From Candidatus Latescibacterota bacterium (GTDB lineage: Bacteria; Latescibacterota; UBA2968; GCA-2709665), in contig OZ220733.1 in the NCBI GenBank assembly GCA_965116875.1, positions 4,608,001-4,672,000 on the forward strand: a DNA stretch of 64,000 nt, read 5' to 3'. A program made the position numbers and the translations under genes. Below the pieces are notes generated by a model. The model had not been told where the DNA came from. It was given only the letters and a program-made list of their open reading frames with translations, and ran no database searches. Shown here in pieces: positions 10,471-20,249 of this stretch (the stretch's first letter is position 1; the number at the start of each line of letters is the position of its first letter).

Positions 10471-10529
10471 TGGACCGCCTCCGGCGAAGGATCTCAAGGG
10501 TGGCCGGGTGGACGACAAACAACAACAGC

Positions 10530-10557
10530 GCCCGTTAAACATGCAGGTTTAACGGGC
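10530..10557. terminator. Hairpin just downstream of tRNA-Gly, likely terminator
   Basis: Perfect 11-bp inverted repeat gcccgttaaac / gtttaacgggc with a 6-nt loop. Confidence 0.6.
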
Positions 10558-10572
10558 TTTCGCGTGAAAAAC

Positions 10573-10648
10573 TGGAGCGGGAAACGGGACTCGAACCCGC
10601 GACCCCAACCTTGGCAAGGTTGTGCTCTACCAGCTGAGCTATTCCCGC
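10573..10648 (-). tRNA. tRNA-Gly (GCC)
   Basis: Reverse complement gcgggaatagctcagctggtagagcacaaccttGCCaaggttggggtcgcgggttcgagtcccgtttcccgctCCA, 76 nt cloverleaf. Confidence 0.98.
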
Positions 10649-10678
10649 CCCGATGTTCTGCGGCGCCAAGTGAATTGA

Positions 10679-10707
10679 AAAGTAAAGAATGGCCCGCAGG
10701 ATGTCAA
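10679..10707 (-). promoter_or_regulatory. Putative sigma70 promoter of tRNA-Gly
   Basis: Minus strand TTGACA-17 nt-TACTTT about 30 nt upstream of the tRNA. Confidence 0.65.
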
Positions 10708-10839
10708 GGCATAATGCGTTTATTGATATCCCTTCAGGAACGCGGATTCGTACCGGTGTGATTGCGTTTCAATGAACAGCCCCTCGATTCCGGGGATGAA
10801 GACCAATTGGCGTCTACGGCTGAGGAACCCGCGTTGGAG

Positions 10840-10868
10840 TTGACATTCATGTCCGCGACGCGCATATT
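10840..10868 (+). promoter_or_regulatory. Putative sigma70 promoter of the hydantoinase/oxoprolinase pair
   Basis: TTGACA-17 nt-CATATT. Confidence 0.6.
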
Positions 10869-10928
10869 TACGTCTTCGGAGTGTTCGCACAAATGAGGCC
10901 GCTGGACGTTTCATTGGAGCCTGGCGGG

Positions 10929-13016
10929 ATGGTGGAAGAACAGGTTGTCCTGGCAATTGACATCGGCGGCACGTTCACGGATCTCGTCCTTCTGAACTGC
11001 CGTTCCGGCCGCCAGTCGGTTTCCAAGGTACCCACGACGTATCCGGATCCTTCCGATGCCGTATTGACCGGCATCGACTCATTGCCGGATTTCAGCGACG
11101 GAGGCGCCGTTCAACGCGTCATCCACGGTACGACGCTGGTGACCAACACGCTGATCGAGCGCAAGGGTGCGAGAACCGGACTGATCACGACGGCGGGGTT
11201 TCGGGATGCGCTGGAGATCGGTCGCGAGGGCCGGTACGATATCTATGATCTCCGCCTGGAATTGCCCGAACCGCTGGTGGAACGCAGGCTGAGATTCGGG
11301 GCGGTCGAGCGGATGAACGTGAGGGGAGAAGTCCTCGAGCCCCTGGATGAATCGTCCGTCCGGGAGGCTTGCGATACTTTTCTCGACGAAGAGGTGGATG
11401 CCGTTGCCATCTGCTTTCTGCACGCATACGCCAACCCGGAACACGAAAAACAGGCGGCGCGTATTGTCAGAAAAGCGATGCCAGGCGTATCTGTTTCGGT
11501 CTCTCACCAGGTGTCGCCCGAACTGCGGGAATACGACAGGACGTCAACAACCGTTGCCAACGCATACGTCCAGCCACTCGCCCGCCGGTATCTGGCCGGT
11601 TTGTCCAGGGGTCTGGAAGCCAGGGGCATCGCGGCGCCGTTGCATATCATGCTGTCCAACGGCGGCGTCTGCTCGGCCGAGACGGCCGCGGCGTTTCCCG
11701 TCCGTCTGGTCGAGTCCGGTCCAAGCGGCGGCGCGTTGTCCGCGGCCTATTGGGGCGGCCGTTCAGGCCTGAGCGATGTACTCGCGTTCGATATGGGAGG
11801 CACGACGGCCAAGGCCGTGCTGGGCAGTGACGGCGTTTTTCCCATTACAACCGAGTCCGAGGTGGCGCGTGTCTATCGATTCAAACGCGGGAGCGGGCTG
11901 CCGCTCCTGGTCCCCGTACTGGATATGATCGAAATCGGCGCGGGCGGCGGCAGTATCGCTCACCTGAACGAAATGAGTCTGCCGGCCGTCGGACCGGAAA
12001 GCGCCGGTTCGGTTCCCGGGCCCGCCTGCTACGGGAACGGGGGATCGGCGCCCACGGTGACCGACGCGGACCTGATTCTGGGAATGCTGAATCCGGTCTA
12101 TTTCCTGGGCGGAAAGATGGCGCTGGATCTCGACCGAGCAAGCAGCGCGGTCCACCGGCTGTCAAAGCAGCTGGGCATGGGCGTCAATCGTATGGCGTGG
12201 GGCATTCACCGAATGGTCAACGAGAACATGGCGAACGCGGCACGCGTTCACGCCGCCGAGCGCGGCATCGACATCCGGGGCTATGCCATGGTCGCTACCG
12301 GAGGCGCGGGACCCGTGCACGCATGCGGCGTGGCCGAGCGGCTCGGAATCAGCACGGTGATCGTGCCGCCCACGGCAGGCGTCAGTTCCGCGTTCGGTTT
12401 GATGCTTGCGCCGATTTCGTTCGATTTCGCGAGGAGTTACGTATCCCGTCTGGAGGCCTTGGATTACGTAAGGCTGAACAACCTGTACCAAGAGATGGAA
12501 ACCGAGGGCGCCGATGTCTTGCGGGAGGCAGGTGTGGCGCCGTCACAGATGCGGATTGAACGCACTGCCGACATGCGGTACGTGGGACAGGGCCACGAAA
12601 TCGGAATTCCGATTCCCGGTGGCGGACTCAGCCCCGAAAGGCTGGATGAAATCCGGGAGGGATTTGATACGGAATATATCCGCAAATTCACGCGCACGTG
12701 CGAAGGCGTGGAAATCGAGTCCGTTCACTGGCGCGTGCGGATGTCCGGGCCGAAGCCCGATATCGGCGATCCTGAGTCCGCGCCTTCACCGGGCGGGGGC
12801 GCTGCAAAGGGCGTTCGCCCGGTGTTGTTCGATGCGGAAACCGGTCCGGAACCGACGACGGTTTTCGACAGGTACAGGATTGAATCGGGATTTCGAGCGT
12901 CCGGACCGGCGATTGTGGAAGAAGCCGAATCCACTGCCGTCGTGCCGCACGGCTGGACAATTGCCGTGGAGGCGTGCGGCAGCCTGCGTCTGACGCGCGA
13001 GGAGGGATTGGGATAA
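10929..13016 (+). CDS. Hydantoinase A / 5-oxoprolinase family subunit
   Basis: DIGGTFTD, HGTT..TN, ESGPSGG, DMGGTT and SAGSVPGPACY. Confidence 0.93.
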   Translation: MVEEQVVLAIDIGGTFTDLVLLNCRSGRQSVSKVPTTYPDPSDAVLTGIDSLPDFSDGGAVQRVIHGTTLVTNTLIERKGARTGLITTAGFRDALEIGREGRYDIYDLRLELPEPLVERRLRFGAVERMNVRGEVLEPLDESSVREACDTFLDEEVDAVAICFLHAYANPEHEKQAARIVRKAMPGVSVSVSHQVSPELREYDRTSTTVANAYVQPLARRYLAGLSRGLEARGIAAPLHIMLSNGGVCSAETAAAFPVRLVESGPSGGALSAAYWGGRSGLSDVLAFDMGGTTAKAVLGSDGVFPITTESEVARVYRFKRGSGLPLLVPVLDMIEIGAGGGSIAHLNEMSLPAVGPESAGSVPGPACYGNGGSAPTVTDADLILGMLNPVYFLGGKMALDLDRASSAVHRLSKQLGMGVNRMAWGIHRMVNENMANAARVHAAERGIDIRGYAMVATGGAGPVHACGVAERLGISTVIVPPTAGVSSAFGLMLAPISFDFARSYVSRLEALDYVRLNNLYQEMETEGADVLREAGVAPSQMRIERTADMRYVGQGHEIGIPIPGGGLSPERLDEIREGFDTEYIRKFTRTCEGVEIESVHWRVRMSGPKPDIGDPESAPSPGGGAAKGVRPVLFDAETGPEPTTVFDRYRIESGFRASGPAIVEEAESTAVVPHGWTIAVEACGSLRLTREEGLG

Positions 13017-14731
13017 TGCGGGAGGAAAAACTGGATGCCGTTCTGCTTGAGGTATTGTGGAACCGGCTGATATCCATCGTGAACGAGCAGGCCGCCGCTC
13101 TGATGCATGCCTCGTTCACCACCGTGGTCAGGGAGGCAGGCGACCTTTCGGCGGGTATTTTCAACCGTACCGGCGATATGGTCGCGCAGGCCGTGACTGG
13201 CACTCCGGGCCATATCAACACGATGGCAACCTGTGTCGGACATTTCGCGAAAGCACATCCGATAGACAGTCTGAAGCCTGGCGACAGCCTTCTTACCAAC
13301 GATCCATGGCTGGGTTCGGGTCATCTGCACGACATCACCGTGGTTACTCCCGTATTTCATCGCGGAAAGCCCGTCGGATGGTTCGCCAATACCTGCCACG
13401 CCATGGATATCGGAGGCAGGACGCTGGGTGCGGACGCGCGCGAGGTTTTCGAAGAGGGACTCCATATTCCAATCATGTACCTTTTCCGTGAAGGCCATGT
13501 CAATCGGGATTTGCTTGAAATCGTCCGCGCGAATGTCCGCACGCCGGACGCCGTGGTGGGAGACCTCCATGCCCAGCAGGCCGGCAACGACGTAGGCGCC
13601 GCGAAGCTATCGGAAATGATGTCGGAATACGGAATGGAGGACATCGAGTCCCTCGCGTCACTGATCCTGGACCGGTCGGAGGCCGCCACGCGGGACGCGA
13701 TCGCGGAGATTCCCAACGGCACGTACCGGGATGAAGTGGTCATCGACGGTTTCGACGATCCCTTGAAGATCGCGGTTTCCATTCAGGTACAGGACCGGAA
13801 GCTCGTCGTCGACTACGACGGCACGTCACCTCAGGTGGACCGTGGAATCAACGTAGTCTACAACTATACCCACGCCTATACAACCTATCCGCTGGCGTGT
13901 TCAATCAGCCCCGCCGTCCCGAATAACGCCGGAAGTTTCCGGCCAGTTGAGGTAACCGCTCCGCCGGGCACCGTTCTGAATGCGACGTTTCCGTGCGCCG
14001 TCGGCGCCCGCCACCTGATCGGGCACTTTCTCTCTCAGGCGGTATTCGGCGCCTTGTCCCAGGCGATTCCCGACCGGGTCCTGGCCGACGGGTCGGCCGG
14101 ACTGTGGAATACGCAGCTGGAGGGACATGACCGGGAAGGTCGGGTGTTTTCCTATATCTTTTTCTCGGCCGGCGGCATGGGCGCCGGGCCCGCATCGGAC
14201 GGACTGTCGGCCACGGCCTTTCCAAGCGGCATAAAAGGGGTACCCGCCGAGGCCATCGAGGCGGTCTCGCCGGTTCTGATGCTGAAGCGGGAGCTGCGCC
14301 CGGATTCCGGCGGTCCCGGCCGATTCCGTGGCGGGCTGGGTCAGGAAATGGTACTTCGAATGGACACGGACTCCGCGGTGCTGCATTCGTGTATGTATGA
14401 CCGCACCAGGAGCCCGGCGCGCGGTTTCGCGGGCGGCGGAAACGGCGCCGTTGGCGAGGTACTCCTCTCAGACGGTTCCCGTCCGCACCCGAAGGGAAAA
14501 TACGAACTTCAGCCGGGACAGACGGTCACCCTGAGGCTTCCCGGGGGAGGGGGCTACTTTTCCCCACGTGCCCGCGATCCCTTCCTGGTGCTGAACGACG
14601 TACGACAGGGTCGCGTGTCGCTCGATGCGGCCCGGGACGAGTACGGAGTGGTCGTGGACAGCCGGAACCGTGAGATCGACCGGGCGGCCACCGACGCACT
14701 CAGGAAAGGTCCCACGGGGAACTCTGGATGA
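13016..14731 (+). CDS. Hydantoinase B / 5-oxoprolinase family subunit
   Basis: NDPW..GHLHD, HAMDIGG, EEGL.IP and GPGRFRGG; TAATG coupling to subunit A. Confidence 0.93.
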   Translation: MREEKLDAVLLEVLWNRLISIVNEQAAALMHASFTTVVREAGDLSAGIFNRTGDMVAQAVTGTPGHINTMATCVGHFAKAHPIDSLKPGDSLLTNDPWLGSGHLHDITVVTPVFHRGKPVGWFANTCHAMDIGGRTLGADAREVFEEGLHIPIMYLFREGHVNRDLLEIVRANVRTPDAVVGDLHAQQAGNDVGAAKLSEMMSEYGMEDIESLASLILDRSEAATRDAIAEIPNGTYRDEVVIDGFDDPLKIAVSIQVQDRKLVVDYDGTSPQVDRGINVVYNYTHAYTTYPLACSISPAVPNNAGSFRPVEVTAPPGTVLNATFPCAVGARHLIGHFLSQAVFGALSQAIPDRVLADGSAGLWNTQLEGHDREGRVFSYIFFSAGGMGAGPASDGLSATAFPSGIKGVPAEAIEAVSPVLMLKRELRPDSGGPGRFRGGLGQEMVLRMDTDSAVLHSCMYDRTRSPARGFAGGGNGAVGEVLLSDGSRPHPKGKYELQPGQTVTLRLPGGGGYFSPRARDPFLVLNDVRQGRVSLDAARDEYGVVVDSRNREIDRAATDALRKGPTGNSG

Positions 14732-14841
14732 ACTTGATCCTCAGGCGGACTCCACACGGCGGGATTCGGGGAATTTCTAAATCAAAGCTTTAAAAGAAGT
14801 TCAAAACGAACTGGAACGCAAATTGTTACGCAGGAAAACCC

Positions 14842-16236
14842 TTGGGTAAATTCGAGACCGACAACGGTTACCGGGGCATCTGGTGGTGGGACACGCCCGC
14901 GGACAACGAGTACAAATACGTCTATTACAGCGGCGGATTTGCAACCTACACCGCCAAGCATATCCCGATGGCGTACTATTCCCCTGCGGCGCATAAGACG
15001 TATTTCTGTTACGGAGGGACGTACAGGGACAGGAACCGGATACTGGCGATGGTCTCCTGTTACGATCACGCGACCGGGACGGTCCCGAGACCGACCATCC
15101 TGATGGACAAGGGCACGGCCGACGCGCACGACAACCCTGTCCTGATGCTGGACGACCAGGGGTATATCTGGGTCTTCGTAAGCGCTCATGGGACCGCGAG
15201 GCCGGCGTATGTCTTCAAGAGTGACAGGCCCTATTCCGTGGACGCATTCGAGTGTTTGCAGGAGACGAATTTCTCCTATCCCCAACCCTGGTACGTTCGG
15301 GACCATGGATTTCTGTTTCTGCACACCAGATACCTCGGAGGCCGGTTCCTGTACGCTCAAACCAGCCCGGATGGATCAGACTGGTCTCCACCCAGGGCGT
15401 TATCGAAAATCCGCCACGGCCACTACCAGGTCAGCTGGCGATCCGGGAAGCGTGTTGGTACCGCGTTCAACTATCATCCGGTCAAAGGGCCAGGCCCGCC
15501 CAGGACCAATCTTTATTATATTCAGACCGACGATTTCGGCGAAACCTGGAAGAGTGCCGCGGGAGAGGACATGGACCTTCCGCTGACGCGCCCCTGCAAC
15601 GGCGCGATCGTGCGAGACTGCGGGAAAGAAGGCCTGCAAGTGTTCGTAAAGGATCTGAATTTCGACGCTCACGGAAATCCCGTTATCCTGATTCTGACCA
15701 GCCGGGGCATGGAGACCGGCCCCAGGAACGATCCTCGCATCTGGACAACCGTCCGGTGGACGGGCCGCGAATGGGAAACACGCGAGGCGTTTCCGTCCGA
15801 CAACAACTACGACGCGGGAGGGCTGCATATCGAACCTGACGGCGCCTGGCGGATCATCGCGCCCTCCGAGACGGGTCCTCAGCCCTACAATACGGGAGGA
15901 GAGGTGGCCGTATGGACCAGTCGCAATGAGGGGGCCGCATGGGAGAAAACCCGCATGGCAACGCGGGGAAGCATGTATAACCATACGTATGTGCGGAGGC
16001 CGGTAAACGCACATCCGGATTTCTATGCCTTCTGGGCCGATGGACATACCCGTCGGCCTTCCGATTCCCGCCTCTATTTCTGCGACATGAGCGGAGAACG
16101 CGTGTTCCGGCTGCCTGTACTGATGAGGGGGGAACAACAGGGTCCTGAACGTGTCGTCCCGTTCGCGGAGAACGAGAAAATGGAAGCCGCAGGCGACCCG
16201 GGACGTCATCAAGGATCGGGAAAGGCGGTCCGATGA
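14842..16236 (+). CDS. BNR repeat (BNR_4-like) beta-propeller protein, possible polysaccharide lyase/glycosidase
   Basis: DAHDNP, FSYPQP and Asp-box-like SPDGSDW, TDDFGETW, SRNEGAAW; TTG start uncertain. Confidence 0.75.
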   Translation: MGKFETDNGYRGIWWWDTPADNEYKYVYYSGGFATYTAKHIPMAYYSPAAHKTYFCYGGTYRDRNRILAMVSCYDHATGTVPRPTILMDKGTADAHDNPVLMLDDQGYIWVFVSAHGTARPAYVFKSDRPYSVDAFECLQETNFSYPQPWYVRDHGFLFLHTRYLGGRFLYAQTSPDGSDWSPPRALSKIRHGHYQVSWRSGKRVGTAFNYHPVKGPGPPRTNLYYIQTDDFGETWKSAAGEDMDLPLTRPCNGAIVRDCGKEGLQVFVKDLNFDAHGNPVILILTSRGMETGPRNDPRIWTTVRWTGREWETREAFPSDNNYDAGGLHIEPDGAWRIIAPSETGPQPYNTGGEVAVWTSRNEGAAWEKTRMATRGSMYNHTYVRRPVNAHPDFYAFWADGHTRRPSDSRLYFCDMSGERVFRLPVLMRGEQQGPERVVPFAENEKMEAAGDPGRHQGSGKAVR

Positions 16237-17105
16237 AAGGAATCATACTCTCCGGCGGGCTGGCAACCAGGCTGTATCCGCTTACGGCATCCATTTCAAA
16301 GCAGATTCTGCCCATTTTCGACAAACCGATGATCTATTATCCGCTATCGGTTCTGATGCTTGCCAACATCAGGGAGTTCCTGATTATTTCGTCACCTGAA
16401 CATATCGAGCTCTACAGGAATCTGTTGGGTGACGGCAGCCGCCTGGGTCTGCGGTTCGACTACGCGATTCAGCCCCGTCCGGAGGGTGTTGCGCAGTCGT
16501 TCCTCATCGGCGAGGACTTCATCGGCGGCGAGCCATGTGCGCTTATTTTCGGAGACAATTTCTTCTACGGCCACGGTCTTTCCGGAATGCTGGAGCAAGC
16601 GGGCGAACACGAAGAGGGCGGTTTGGTCTTTGCGTACTACGTACAGGACCCCGAGCGATTCGGGGTGGTCGAGTTCGATGCTCAGATGAACGTGGTGGGC
16701 ATCGAAGAAAAACCGAAACGACCAAAGTCGAATTACGCGGTTACAGGGCTTTACTTCTACGACGGAAGCGTTGTGGATATCGCACGGGGATTGACGCCTT
16801 CGGACCGGGGGGAACTGGAAATCACAGACTTGAACAACGAGTACCTGGCGCGGGGTGAACTGCGGGTCCGGCTGCTGGGAAGGGGAATCGCGTACATCGA
16901 CACGGGAACACACGAAAGCCTGCTGGAAGCAAGCAACTTCGTGCAAATCGTCGAACACCGGCAGGGGTTGAAAATCGCGTGCCTGGAGGAGATTGCGTTT
17001 CGAAAAGGGTATATCACCGCGGGTCAGCTTGAAAAAATTGCGAACTTTTCGGAAGAGAACGCGTATTGTCAGTACCTGAAACGGTTGCTGGCGTCACAGA
17101 TATAA
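16233..17105 (+). CDS. rfbA: Glucose-1-phosphate thymidylyltransferase
   Basis: MKGIILSGGLATRLYP, KQILP, EEKP, RGELEITD and DTGT. Confidence 0.95.
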   Translation: MKGIILSGGLATRLYPLTASISKQILPIFDKPMIYYPLSVLMLANIREFLIISSPEHIELYRNLLGDGSRLGLRFDYAIQPRPEGVAQSFLIGEDFIGGEPCALIFGDNFFYGHGLSGMLEQAGEHEEGGLVFAYYVQDPERFGVVEFDAQMNVVGIEEKPKRPKSNYAVTGLYFYDGSVVDIARGLTPSDRGELEITDLNNEYLARGELRVRLLGRGIAYIDTGTHESLLEASNFVQIVEHRQGLKIACLEEIAFRKGYITAGQLEKIANFSEENAYCQYLKRLLASQI

Positions 17106-17293
17106 CCCGTTGAATGTCGATACGGGCCCGGAATCGACCGTCTCCCGGCATCCGATCAGCAACTCCAGTTCCCATATCCATTGTCGAGACGGTCCTGTTT
17201 CGGCATTCCGGTTGCGTATGCCCTTCGGGAGAGAATTGTCCAGTGCCTCTCTTACGATACAGCGGGCCCGGGCGAATCACTGAATGCCTCGTC

Positions 17294-17632
17294 ATGACGA
17301 GAGCGATCCGCATGGCGGCCCTTCTTGCGTTTCTCGCGGGCTGTGGCGGGGATCCATTGTCGCCTGAGAAAGCGATACTGGGCACGTGGAAGCTGACTCG
17401 GGCGGGAGACGAGCCCGTGACGGTGAACTATACGCTGGTTTTCGAAGAGAACGGCGTCTATACGTTCATAAATACGATCTTCGACGGAAGCCGGATTACG
17501 TCAACCGGTAACTGGCGAATTGAACAGGGGGCCCTGTTTCTGGATGCACTGGACTTCGGGTACTCCATTGACAATAACGAACTTACGCTCTTTGCGATGG
17601 ATGGCACGGTATTCGTCTATACGAGGCAGTAA
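17294..17632 (+). CDS. Small lipoprotein, lipocalin-like beta-barrel
   Basis: Lipobox LAGC after a hydrophobic stretch; ILGTWKL and TGNW motifs. Confidence 0.7.
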   Translation: MTRAIRMAALLAFLAGCGGDPLSPEKAILGTWKLTRAGDEPVTVNYTLVFEENGVYTFINTIFDGSRITSTGNWRIEQGALFLDALDFGYSIDNNELTLFAMDGTVFVYTRQ

Positions 17633-17788
17633 CACCCCCCGGGATCTCCATATCTCCCTCCGAAAAACAGCGGAGCCGAGAGGCATCGTCATGAGTGCGA
17701 AGAAGCTCCGGTAACGGCACGCGGCGCACGGACGAATCGCACCGAGAACGTGGGATCCGGACGGCGAAAAGCGTCGCCAGGACAGGGA

Positions 17789-19165
17789 ATGCGCATTGAT
17801 CCTTCCATTTGCCCGAGGGACCTGAGTTCCGGACTGGACCGGTGTTTCGAACTCGCACGGGGCAAAGTCACGTCCATATCCGAGACGTGGGATCCCCGTC
17901 GCGGCGCGCCGGTCTATACGGTAGACGGGAAATACGCCACCCGGGGCTGGACGGAATGGACGCAGGGATTCCAATACGGGTGCTCGATCCTGCTGTTCGA
18001 TGCCCTTGGAGAGAAGCGGTTTCTGGATATCGGTCGCCGGGGAACCGTAGAACGTATGGCGCCGCATCTGACCCACATGGGTGTGCACGACCACGGATTC
18101 AACAACGTATCGACGTATGGAAATCTCAGGCGGCTGATGCTTGAAGGCGCCATCCCGGACGATTCCTGGGAACTGCAGTTTTACGAGCTTGCCCTTAAAG
18201 CGTCCGGCGCGGTGCAGGCGGCCCGCTGGACGACGATTCGGGACGGAAAGGGGTATATTCCCTCGTTTAACGGCGCCCATTCACTGTTTTCCGATACGAT
18301 TCGCACCTGCCGATCCCTCGGACTCGCGCACGGATTGGGCCACGTCCTGATGGGGGAGAACGACCGGGCGATTTCGCTTCTCGATCGCATGATCGAACAC
18401 GCGGAGACCACGGCCAGGTTCAATGTATATTACGGCGACGGCCGCGATTCGTACGACATCAGGGGGCGGGTGGCGCACGAGTCCATTTTCAACGTTGATG
18501 ACGGCAATTACAGATGTCCGGGCACACAACAGGGATATTCTCCCTTTTCCACGTGGACGCGGGGCCTCGCCTGGATCGTCGCCGGATATTCAGAATTGCT
18601 GGAATATCTGGATGTCGTCGATGATGAAGACCTTTCGGGGTGCGGCGGCCGGGGCCGCGTGACGGAATTCATGACCCGGGCGGCAACGGCGGCGGCGGAC
18701 TACTACGTTGACGGCGCATCCGCGGCGGACGGCATCCCTTACTGGGATACCGGGGCGCCGGGATTGACTCAAATGGGAGACTATCTGGGCCGGGCCGCGG
18801 ACCCGTACAATGAATTCGAGCCCGTGGACAGTTCGGCGGCCGCGATTGCGGCACAAGGACTGTACCGGCTGGGCAGGTACCTTGGCGACGTGGCGGGCGC
18901 GACGTATACGAGGGCCGCGTTAACGGTCGCCCGAACGTTGTTCGACGCCCCGTACCTGTCCGACGATGCGAATCACGAGGGGCTGATCCTGCATTCGACT
19001 TATCACCGGCCCAATGGATGGGACCATCGCCGGGAAGGTCAGAACGTGCCAAACGGGGAAGCCTCGATGTGGGGAGACTATCACGCTCTGGAACTGGCGG
19101 TCCTGCTGAAGCGTGAAATAACCGGGCAGCCGTATCTCACGTTCTTTAACGAGAATCCCGGCTGA
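17789..19165 (+). CDS. Glycoside hydrolase family 88-like (unsaturated glucuronyl hydrolase-like)
   Basis: EWTQGF, HDHGF, WTRGLAW, DSSAAAI and WGDY motifs. Confidence 0.8.
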   Translation: MRIDPSICPRDLSSGLDRCFELARGKVTSISETWDPRRGAPVYTVDGKYATRGWTEWTQGFQYGCSILLFDALGEKRFLDIGRRGTVERMAPHLTHMGVHDHGFNNVSTYGNLRRLMLEGAIPDDSWELQFYELALKASGAVQAARWTTIRDGKGYIPSFNGAHSLFSDTIRTCRSLGLAHGLGHVLMGENDRAISLLDRMIEHAETTARFNVYYGDGRDSYDIRGRVAHESIFNVDDGNYRCPGTQQGYSPFSTWTRGLAWIVAGYSELLEYLDVVDDEDLSGCGGRGRVTEFMTRAATAAADYYVDGASAADGIPYWDTGAPGLTQMGDYLGRAADPYNEFEPVDSSAAAIAAQGLYRLGRYLGDVAGATYTRAALTVARTLFDAPYLSDDANHEGLILHSTYHRPNGWDHRREGQNVPNGEASMWGDYHALELAVLLKREITGQPYLTFFNENPG

Positions 19166-19214
19166 TTTGATACCGGCTGGATGGTGCGTCAGACGGGAGA
19201 CCGGTTACTGAAAA

Positions 19215-20075
19215 ATGAAATCTGCCAAACCGATCGCTACACGGAAACCAGGCTTGAAGGCGCACGGTCACGCTGCAGTGGCTATACTGCTGATTGCGTT
19301 GTGGTCCGCGCCTGTGGGGAGCGGAGACGCGACGCCGTTCGACTTTGGGCCTCTCAACCGCATGCTGGGCAGGTTCGTGGACTCGCGAGGCCGGGTCGAC
19401 TACGCAGGGATCAAGGCTGAGCCGACCGACCTCCGAATGATCCTGGCGCGTCTCAGGGAGGCGAGCCCGGAGAGCCACCCCGCGATGTTTCCCTCGCGGG
19501 AAGACAGGCTGGCATACTGGATCAACGCGTACAACGCGCTTGTCATCGCCGGGGTGGTCAATGCGTATCCCGCGACGAGCGTCAAGAACATCCATCCGCA
19601 GCCGGGATTCTTCAAGGTGTTCCACGTCGTCGGCGGCAAGTCCAGATCGCTTGACGACATCGAGCACAAAATTATACGCAAGAAATTCGGCGATCCACGA
19701 ATCCACGCCGCCTTGAACTGCGCCGCGGCATCCTGTCCACGGCTGAGACCCGAAGTCTTTTTGCCTGCCCGGTTGGAAAATCAGCTGGACGCCGCCGTTC
19801 GGGAGTTTATCCGCGATCCGCAGCACGTCAGGGTGGACCGTAACAGCGGGACACTCGTACTCTCAAAAATCCTCGACTGGTTCGGGAGTGATTTCACCGA
19901 ATGGTATAAACGCACGTATCGTGTCGATCATGTTCGCATTACGGACTATCTGAATCTCCATCTCGACGAGGAAGATCGCGCCTATCTGCGCGCACGCCCT
20001 CAGATCACCATCAGATACCTTCCGTACGATTGGACGCTGAACGACCTTGCGCTGCACCCGGATGCAATCCGTTGA
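19215..20075 (+). CDS. DUF547 domain exported protein
   Basis: Signal-like hydrophobic segment; LAYWINAYNA, DPRIHAALNCAAASCP and YDWTLN. Confidence 0.88.
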   Translation: MKSAKPIATRKPGLKAHGHAAVAILLIALWSAPVGSGDATPFDFGPLNRMLGRFVDSRGRVDYAGIKAEPTDLRMILARLREASPESHPAMFPSREDRLAYWINAYNALVIAGVVNAYPATSVKNIHPQPGFFKVFHVVGGKSRSLDDIEHKIIRKKFGDPRIHAALNCAAASCPRLRPEVFLPARLENQLDAAVREFIRDPQHVRVDRNSGTLVLSKILDWFGSDFTEWYKRTYRVDHVRITDYLNLHLDEEDRAYLRARPQITIRYLPYDWTLNDLALHPDAIR

Positions 20076-20249
20076 CTCGTGAACCCAAATTCAAAAAAAC
20101 TGCAACCGGGCGTCGTGATAAAACCCACCGAAACGGGGTGGTAGCGTCGTCCGGTCGGACATTTTTCCGTTCACGTACGAAACGGCGCAAGGAGACAGGT
20201 CTTCGGCAACATTGCCGTGCCTTGCCGTCCGATTGGTACCCCTACATGA

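Noticed and set aside
17691-17714. 7-codon ORF MSAKKLR with RBS-like gagagg
   Set aside because: Too short to support; no attenuator structure evident
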